Of a stretch of DNA of 14,049 nucleotides, positions 1-7,800 are shown piece after piece. The position numbers were made by a program, and so were the translations under genes. Numbering within the stretch: the stretch's first letter is position 1; each line of letters opens with the position of its first letter. Location of the stretch: the NCBI GenBank assembly GCA_905178155.1, contig CAJINV010000015.1, forward strand, positions 1,802,579-1,816,627, read 5' to 3'. The notes below the pieces were generated by a model, which saw only the letters and a program-made list of their open reading frames with translations, did not search any database and had not been told where the DNA came from. The stretch comes from Amoebophrya sp. A120 (lineage: Eukaryota; Protista; Dinoflagellata).

Positions 1-185
1 GCCGTCCCAGGAGCTCTTGTGACTGTCTCTCGGTAGAGATCGCTTTGCCCGTGCTTATTCCACTCAGAGTTTGCTGGGTAGGTGGCTACCGTTTTAAGTT
101 TATAAACGAATGGGACGCCCTGCCCTTAGCCTTCCAACATGACAAGTCGCGCACTCTTCCAGACCCAGACAATTTTACATTTATA
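1..185. mobile_element. Introner-like element E0 (family B), right part only
   Basis: Right TIR TTCCAGACCCAGACAATTTTACATTTATA ends at 185 and matches the family B end (e.g. 8599-8628). Exon sequence resumes after it. The left end is outside the window. Confidence 0.8.
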
Positions 186-187
186 AT

Positions 188-3100
188 CTGCGAGCTTTTA
201 CCAACGTGATCGCGACACAAGATCCGATATCCCACACAAAAAAGCTTCTAGGGCTACTAGCATAGTATGTTTGTCATGCAAATAAATAAGACAAGCACAA
301 AGAAAATACGCTTCCTCAGGGGGATCGACGCCCTTGGTCTGTTCTTTGAGATTGATATGCGGCACGACAGATTTTTTTGTGTACTGGATTTTGCATGACA
401 AATTAGTGTCGTGGCGACATGCTATAATCTTTTTTCTGTGTGATATCCGAAGACGTTCATCGACGCCTCTATGCTGTCCTTCGCCTTTTCCTCGTCCGTG
501 GATATCAGCAGGTCCGTCGGTTTATCCTGTGCCAAAGTATTGCTCGTACTATAACTTGCATTACAAATTGTTTATAGCATGATTACAAATTGAATTTGTA
601 ATGCGGATTTGACTTAACAAAAAGATTTGTAATGCATGATTGTAATTAGTACGGGCGCGATACTTTTGCAGTGCATACGGATTCAAGTCCTTCGAAGAGG
701 ACTATCAAAAGGAAAAACCCGCCCTCCCCATATCGAAACGAAGTTTCTGATGCTGGATTTGCGTACACAAATCAGATTTGTCTTGCTGCTGAGGACTGCA
801 GACCCATATCAAGCCTGAGCAGAGAGGCTTTGGCCTAGGCGCTTAGCATGAAAAACGCCCTCGCTGTAGGCCCAACAGCATGACAGCCCGCCTGTATAAT
901 GCGGGGGAGACTGTGGAGTTGCCTTCTTGCAAGACAGACATGCTTTGTGGCCACAAATCAGCAACGCAAATCTTCGAAAACGTGCCTTGTCGATATGGGG
1001 AGGGGGGATCTTTCCTCGCGATAAGGACGGGAAAATGTACTGCGTCGCACCGATCACGGACAGTATTCAAGAAAAAAACTGTGTAAGTGTATAATTTGTG
1101 TTGCAGAAAATCAAAAACTGTTACACTTGTCATGCTGGACATGCATCAGAGGCAATTTTCGTGCGTGTTTTCACGTACTAGCTACGCATGACAGGTTTTG
1201 TCATGCAGAGCAAACTTGAGATGCTATTCCTCCAAAAAAACTTACACTTGCACAGTTTTTTTCCTGGATAGACAGCAGTATGGCACTGATATGAATCGCA
1301 AAAAAAGTGTCGTACTCGTACTGATTGCAGATTATATGCATGACAAATCCTCTATTTCCGTTGAAGCTGTTGAAACAGCATTTTTACATACGAATTTCAC
1401 TTGTCATGCGAGCCTACTTGTTCGTAGCAATTTATAGTACTAGTGCGATGCAGCTTTATCATTGCATGACTGAGTATGGAAGTGTCAAAATCGAAATTGA
1501 CAAAATCGAAAAACTTGTGATGCACAAAATCGATTTCAATTGGAGCATCAGTTTCCAAGTGGCGCATGACAAATTTCGGGAGCACCCAAATCCAGTCTGT
1601 CATGCTGTTTGGGCAAGGAAGACTGCTTCTGTCGTGCTACTATGGCAGCGCATTGCATACTCCTAAACAGGCTTGCAATCGGTCTCATTTGCCTCCTCCC
1701 CAATACAGGCCATCAGTGCCCTACATCTTATGCATCACAAATTATTTCGATTTTGTTGATTTCAATCCTGACACCCCCATACTGAGTTCCCCGGTCCACT
1801 TCTGGGCGGTCGGGCAGGATTGCTGTGAATCCAGGAGTGTCACATGCAAAAAATGTGTCTGGGTCTGGAAGAGTGCAGGAGTTTGTCATGCAGATTTTGC
1901 ATGACCCGCGACCACGTCTGTGATGCATTACTAGCATCACAGATTCTGCGAGAGCTTTCTGATGCCCATACCACATGAGCAATGCCGTCTCGACACCCGC
2001 GTAGCAAAAAGTGGGCCTCCTCTAGTACTGTTTATGCAATACAGATTTCATGTAGAATCCAAAGGCAGCATTGCAAGTCGGCATACTTCCAGAAACAGAC
2101 ACGTTTGCATTTGATAGGGAGTCACTTCACCTGCGGGGACGTCCACAACGCGAAGGCACACGCGGGTATCCTGTGCAAAAGTATCGTACTCGTATTGCAA
2201 TCATGCATTACAAATCCTTTTGTTAAGGTAAATCTGCATTACAAATTTTATTTCTCATGCTGAGGAAATTTGTAATGCATGACGTGGCCTGGGTACGCAC
2301 ATACGACTCGGTGCGCCAAATCGTATGTGGGGCGTTACAATTTTCGCGCTTTTTTCATTGAGAAAACCCGCCAAAGAGCAGCACCGAGCCCGGTGCGGTT
2401 TGTAACGTATGGCAGCACCGAGCCCGCGAAAGTATGTCTTTTTGCCCACCTACAAAATTTGTATTGTCGTGGCGCGCCTTCACAATACATTTTGGCGCAC
2501 CGAGGCGGGGGGCGCCGTTTTTCGAAAACGCAAAGCGCCCCCGCAGCTTGTTCGCGTTTCTTTGCCACTCCTCGCTCTCACATGGGAAGCGCCCGCGCGC
2601 CTTTGCTATTTTTGCAGGGGCGGCGGGCAGCTTAAGATTAAGTGGCCCAGGACTAGTCTCGCGCGTTTGTGTCAGGGGGGTCGAGCGCGCGTGTTGAGTC
2701 GCCCGCCCCGCTGGCGCGCCTTGGGCTGGTGAATTTCTTACCTTGCGTTCGGGCTTGGGCCATGGTCCGGGCTTTGTTTCCCGCCTCCTGCGAGTTGGAG
2801 CACCTGCGCGCGCCTTGCCCCCCCGCGTTGTTGGGGGCTGGCGCGTTACCCGCTTCCGCCCGCGGGTCCAAGTCCCCCCCCGCCCCCCCCCCCGAAAAAA
2901 ATACTCCGTTGGCGCCGCGGCCTATTTTTTGTTTTTTCTCTTTTCCGCCTTCCTGTTCCGCCTGTCTTTGGCGGCGCCCGTGCATACAACTTGGCGCACC
3001 GAGGCCGCCGGCCTCGGTGCACCGAGGCGGCCATTTCGCAAAATCGCAAATTTTGGCCTCGGTCCGCCATTTCGTATGCGCGTCCTAAAGAAAGTTCTTC

Positions 3101-4155
3101 TAGCCTCGGTGCGCCAATTTGTATTGGCGTACCCAGGCCACGACACTACCGAGGCGACGTCATGCATTTATACGAATGCGATACTTTTGCAGTTCATAGC
3201 GGGGGTGGTGGTATGAAATAGATTTTTATTTTTTTACGTATACTACGTGATTCCCGATTCTCTTTCTTCCTGGTCTTGCTGTGGTTATGCATGGCAGAGT
3301 GCGAGAATACCAATACGGCCACGGCCACGCATGCAGATTTTTGGGGCATCATGGCAATTGAAGATTCTCATGGGAGCTCCAAGTCAACCAACTCAAAATG
3401 TAGTCACGCTCACCCACGACAAATCAGGTTCTCCGTCCCGAAATGTTCGTGCCTCCGATGGCCAGTTGGATAGTGGAAAAGCAAGACAAACTCTTGGAAC
3501 AGTACAGCCGAGCGGTTACCCTTGCGCAGAACGTTTATCCCCGAGAAAAAATATTCTGGCAGGGCATCTTTGCAGGAAGTGATAAAACGAACTTCGAAGC
3601 TACAACAAAACCCATAGAGCCTGGGGCCTAAACTATGCAAGACAGAATTGTTTTGTGGCCCATTCTATGCAAGACCTAATTTGTCAATTGTCATGCATTT
3701 AAATTATTTTTTGCCTGTACAAATCAATGCGGCAACGTGCTAGCGTTTGTCTTCACTGGGATAAGGTGTTCGGCATAGCAGAAACTGCGGAGGATCCATC
3801 GATTACTCCAGCGCAGGGAACCACCTCTAGTGACACCCCAGCCAGCAAATCCGGCGCAATAATACCAACCACCTCGGATGACCAGAAGCACATGAAGCAC
3901 GTTTTCGTCCACTGGACCTTGACGCCATTGAAAACCAAATCTGCATACAAATCGGCAGCGGACGCCTGGTTCAGCTTTATCACCATCTTCGGTCTGATCT
4001 TTCTCTACTACCTGGCGTATTACGGGTTTGGGTTGACCGGAGGCGGTAATGGGAGCGACTCCAGAGCTTCGACAAGCTCAAAGAACAAGCACCTGCACAG
4101 CTTGAGTCCGCCCTCGTCGTCACCCATGAAAAGTGCGGTGGGGGACTTTAGGTGA
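188..4155 (+). CDS. Gene 1, 5'-partial and spliced: uncharacterised membrane protein with a YCVAPI...FWAVGxDCC...FxCG motif and a C-terminal transmembrane helix
   Basis: Join, keeping the left DR copy: 188-227, 451-522, 683-702, 1029-1063, 1276-1289, 1474, 1787-1837, 2122-2166, 3204-3210, 3428-3535, 3769-4155 = 780 nt, with no internal stop and TGA at 4153-4155. Translation: LRAFTNVIATQDPKTFIDASMLSFAFSSSVDISRSVGFKSFEEDGKMYCVAPITDSSMALSSPVHFWAVGQDCCESRSHFTCGDVHNAKAHAGVVVLRPEMFVPPMASWIVEKQDKLLEQYSRAVTLAQNVFGIAETAEDP...KHVFVHWTLTPLKTKSAYKSAADAWFSFITIFGLIFLYYLAYYGFG...VGDFR*. The motif order resembles an alveolate uncharacterised family I recall; no search was run. Confidence 0.88.
228..445. mobile_element. 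Introner-like element E1 (family D), non-canonical intron
   Basis: TIR TATCCCACACAAAAAAG / CTTTTTTCTGTGTGATA. Perfect DR TCCGA at 223-227 and 446-450. Removal restores D-P-K-T-F. Confidence 0.92.
523..677. mobile_element. Introner-like element E2 (family A)
   Basis: TIR TATCCTGTGCCAAAGTAT / ATACTTTTGCAGTGCATA. DR CGGTT (518-522) vs CGGAT (678-682); the difference is synonymous (Gly). Removal gives V-G-F-K. Confidence 0.92.
703..1023. mobile_element. Introner-like element E3 (family E)
   Basis: TIR TATCAAAAGGAAAAACCCGCCCTCCCCATATCGA / TCGATATGGGGAGGGGGATCTTTCCTCGCGATA. Perfect DR AGGAC at 698-702 and 1024-1028. Homologous to 9427-9746 in the opposite orientation. Confidence 0.93.
1064..1270. 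mobile_element. Introner-like element E4 (family F)
   Basis: TIR TATTCAAGAAAAAAACTGTGTAAGTGTA / TACACTTGCACAGTTTTTTTCCTGGATA. Perfect DR GACAG at 1059-1063 and 1271-1275. Confidence 0.93.
1290..1468. mobile_element. Introner-like element E5 (degenerate, family A-like)
   Basis: Left end TATGAATCGCAAAAAAAGTGTCGTACTCGTA; eroded right end ...CATTGCATG. Perfect DR ACTGA at 1285-1289 and 1469-1473. Its removal eliminates an in-frame TGA. Confidence 0.82.
1475..1781. mobile_element. Introner-like element E6 (family C)
   Basis: TIR TATGGAAGTGTCAAAATCGAAATTGACAAAATCGAAA / TTTCGATTTTGTTGATTTCAATCCTGACACCCCCATA. Perfect DR CTGAG at 1470-1474 and 1782-1786. Inverted homologue of 9065-9371. Confidence 0.93.
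1838..2116. mobile_element. Introner-like element E7 (family B)
   Basis: TIR TGTCACATGCAAAAAATGTGTCTGGGTCTGGAAG / CTTCCAGAAACAGACACGTTTGCATTTGATA. DR AGGAG (1833-1837) vs GGGAG (2117-2121). Removal joins CCESR-SHFTCG. Confidence 0.9.
2167..3198. mobile_element. Introner-like element E8 (family A) carrying a nested 881-bp insertion
   Basis: TIR TATCCTGTGCAAAAGTATCG / CGATACTTTTGCAGTTCATA. Perfect DR GCGGG at 2162-2166 and 3199-3203. Without 2281-3167 it is colinear with 5313-5463. Confidence 0.93.
2281..3161. mobile_element. Nested GC-rich non-autonomous TIR element unrelated to the TAT...ATA families
   Basis: Flanked by ATGCAT on both sides (2275-2280 and 3162-3167). Ends are GACGTGGCCTGGGTA / TACCGAGGCGACGTC. 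There is a perfect 16-bp inverted repeat (2283-2298 vs 3127-3142) and multiple GCACCGAG/CTCGGTGC subterminal motifs. No credible ORF. Confidence 0.85.
3211..3427 (+). other. Canonical GT-AG spliceosomal intron (217 nt)
   Basis: GTG|GTATGA...AAATCAG|GTT. Removal joins AGVV to VLRPEMFVPP in frame. No terminal TIR or DR pair. Confidence 0.78.
3536..3763. mobile_element. Old introner-like element E9 (family D-like) whose DRs allow GT-AG boundaries (intron 3533-3765)
   Basis: Decayed TIR TATCCCCGAGAAAAAATATTCTGGCA / TGCTAGCGTTTGTCTTCACTGGGATA. DR ACGTT (3531-3535) vs AGGTG (3764-3768). Removing 233 nt joins LAQN-VFGIAE in frame. Internal TTGTCATGC at 3688. Confidence 0.8.
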
Positions 4156-4874
4156 TGCTCGGTGCGGCCGCGGATCCTGAGGAGGAAAAGCGTTGTTACA
4201 ACGGTATGAATTGAAAATGAAACCGAACAAGGTGGCACAGTGACAGTTTTTTCCCCTTTCGTTCTGTATTGAGAACGCAACGGCGCCGCAAAATGAAAAA
4301 CGACGGCCAAAGAAGCCGACTCGAAAGCAAAAAGTAAAAGCTCATGCGAAATAACTTTCGGTGCGCATGTAGTTATGCTGTCCGCCTGCTTGAAGATGAG
4401 ACCACCGGATTCATGATCCGTGGTCCTCGCAAATTCAACATTCTCGTTGTTCTCTCGGGACCTGCGTGCTCTGCGTCGGTCCTCAGAATAGCTCGTGGAA
4501 GAAGTCGTTGCTCTAGCATCTGCTGCGCTTCAAAACTCACTTCGAAATAGTTCCGCGAGTGTGATGACCGATGTTGTTCTTATCGAGCGTCTTGCATAAT
4601 TTGTAGACAAAATGACAAGACGAAGACACAGAAACAGCACAAAGAAGAGGGTAAAAACGAGACTTGCGTAGGGGATGAAAGAATGCAACGTATCAACTAC
4701 GACTTTTAATCATGCGTCAGTAGCAAAGTCAAATTATCCCGTATCCGTTAAAAAAGGTTCTTGATGCTCGCGATCGAGATGAAACAAATGGACGACCAAG
4801 AAGCAGTTGTGGCTTGCACCGTCGTGGCCAGTTTTTGATAAACCCCACCAAAAATATAAAAAAAACCCAAGAAG

Positions 4875-7800
4875 ATGGAGGATTTCCTCACTGGTATCCA
4901 AGATATCTCCAGTTCTGCTTCCACCAGTCTCCTCCCGCTCTCGCACCCCGTTGGCTTGGACTTTGTCGTGACCACGTCACTGCAGAATAACCTGTATCAA
5001 GTGCAAAAATGTCTGGGTCTGGACAAGTGTAGACTTGTCGTGCAGATTTTCCATGACCCATGAGGTCTGAAATGCGGGACCTAGCATGACAGACATTCTG
5101 TGAGATCCCTATCATGCCTATCCTGCAGGAGAAACTCCCTTCCAACTTGGTCAAAAGTTATACAGCTTTTGGCAGTCATGCAACACAGATTTTTGCATGC
5201 TTCAGATTTACCATGACAAGTTGCAATCGTCCAGACCCAAACATTTTTGCAATTCATAACCTGCAACTAAACGCAATCCCGGAGGACAAGCAGATCGTGT
5301 TTTTGGAGTCGTTATCCTGTGCAAAAGTATCGTACTCGTATTGCAATTATGCAATACAAGTTAAAGTTTCCTTCTCAAGTCAAATCCGCATTACAAATTT
5401 CATTTTTCATGCTGAAGAAATTTGTACTGCATTTATACGACTACGATACTTTTGCAGTTCATAGTCGTTATGATCCTGTGCAGAAGTGTCCTCGTCGTGC
5501 CTACTACAACTGGTGATTCATTTTTTTTGCAACATCACAAATTTCTGATGCTAATCGCGACGAGGAACAAAATTTCTCATGCTGATTTGCTTGAGGAAGG
5601 ATATCGATATCGATATTGATTTGTGTTTGTGTTATTTGTGTTGCCGTATTGCAATATAGAAGTTTGCTCACTACTCCCCAAGAGATCTGAGTCGAGCACC
5701 GCCCGAGATCTTACTTGGTGAATATCTGAAACAGCTAAAAGATAACTCTTTTTGAATTTTTGCAGCGCGCGCATGCTTGCGCTGCCTGGGGGCTTCGCCC
5801 TCCCCACGCTCGCGAAGCTTTTTGGACTTTTCCCCGCCCCTGTGGCTTTTTTTTCCATTGCGTGCAGTGTAGCCTCGGCAGGCGATTCGTTTTCCCCGCG
5901 GCCGGCTTGCGTGCTGATGTGGGCGCCGTTGCAGTGTTTTCCGTTTTTTTTGTTGCTCGCGTGGCGCGGGCTTCCATGTCTGAGCTAAGGCGAGCGGCTC
6001 CGCGTTGCTTTGTGCTTTATTTTGCCGGGGCTTTTTGTGCTTTCTTGCTATTTTATGGCAGCAGGAACATGAACAATTGCCCGCCCCTGCAGTTGGCGCC
6101 CTTTTGCTCTTTTTCGTGTCGAATTTTTTGCCGCTGCTCTGTTTTTTTTTCGCTAGTAAATATTAGCCCGCTAGTAGTAGTACATAGTCTAGCCCGCGGC
6201 GCTTGTGCCTTTCCGTGCCTTTTGGTAGCGTGCCTGCCAGCGCAAACGGTCGCGGGCCGTTTTCCGTATTGCAGTGGCTTTTGCACTGGCTCGCGCCGGT
6301 CTGTGCACTTCCCGGCCCCCTGCGCGTATTTTTGTGGGCCAAACCGCGCTGCGCCGGTTGTCTGTGTTTTTCGCACTTTGCTTCCAGAGCTAGCGGCGCG
6401 ACTGTTTCGCGCAAGCGCCCTGCATTAGCACCAAGCTAGGCTCTTCGCTGGTTTTCCATGTAATGCAATCCCGGAGGCCGGTCCGGCGTGTCAGCCAGCG
6501 GCCTGCTTTTTGATGTGGGCAATTTTCTGACGTTTTTCGCTTCGCGCACTGACCGCATGGCGTTTATCTTCATGCCCGGGCGCAGAGGAGTGACGCGGCA
6601 GCGTTTTTCGCTCCTTTTCTGCAAGTGCGCAGCTTTGTCTTTGTTATTCTTTTTGTGCTGCAGCGCCAGACCCGACCTACCAAGGAAGCACGAGAGGCGC
6701 CGCAGTTGCTAAGGTTCTGCGCTAAGGGTGGCGACGTTGTCCATGTTCTGCCTTAGTCTTCCTTTTTTCTTTGTTGTCTTTTCGCTGCTTTTTTGCCGTA
6801 TTTCGCTCATTTTGTTGCGTTTTTGTGCCTTTTCGAGCTACGCGGAGCTTTTTCGGCGCGTTTTCTTTTGGTCTAAAAACAAACAAACTGTCAGCCTGGG
6901 GATGGTTATTCTCGCCTTCTTTTTGCCGTACTTCATTGGCTCACTCTGTCGCGCTTTTGCGCCTTTTTAAGCTGAAGGAAGTTGCCTTGGCGCATTTCGG
7001 TCCTCGGAGCGGCCGAACTGTCTGGAATTGGCCTGGCGGGTGCGATACATAGCGCCGCCGCTCTGTGGACTTGCTTCTGCAAAATCACTGGCGCGCGCCT
7101 TGTTGCGCTTTTGTGAGTGTCTTTTTGGAGGGTTTGCAAAGCGTTGCACTTTTTCGCCTATTTCGATGGCTTTGCGATGTTTTTGCCTTAGCTTGCGCCT
7201 TTTATTTGGTGCGTTTTCACCTTTTCGAATAACTAAGTGAAGCCCATGGCCCACATGTGTCGCATTTGCGGGCTTTTGACTTAACGCGGCCGGTTCTGCG
7301 CTGTTTTTCCTCGCATTTGGATCCTTTTGCTGTGTTTTTGTGCTTTCCCAAGATCGTTTTGCTGTGTTTTTGGGCCTTTTTTGCGGACTTTTGCGGAGTT
7401 TGAGGATTTTCGACACATTTCGGGCCTAAAAAAGTCCGCGCCGTCTGCTTTTGGCTTTGCCCGTGAGTCATTGCCAGCGAACGCGCTGCAGCGCTTTGCA
7501 AAAACATCGGCGCCCGTTTTGGTCTGTTTTTGGCTGGTCGTGGTTAGTGCGCAAATGGTCGCACTTTCTTACTTATTTTGATGGCTTTCCGACGTTTTTG
7601 CTTTAGTTTGCGTCTTTTGGTGCATTTGTGCACGTTCCAGGCCTAACTAGGTGAAGCCCACGGCCCGAATGTTGCGCGTTTTTGGTTTTTTGGCGGAACA
7701 AGAGCAATCTTGCTGCAAAATACGCCGCATTGTCATCAAAGAGACGCGCTCTTTCTTTACAAAGAGCGTGACCTTGTTGCCATCGGCACGCGGGTCGCTG

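Noticed and set aside
3536-3631. ORF 3443-3631 continuing as YPREKIFWQG...EPGA*
   Set aside because: Sequence after 3535 lies inside decayed element E9. Its removal links the frame to the exon ending at 4155.
5760-6428. 222-aa ORF and neighbouring ORFs in the T-rich region
   Set aside because: The F/C/A/R-rich composition and open frames on both strands follow from A-depletion. No recognisable domain.
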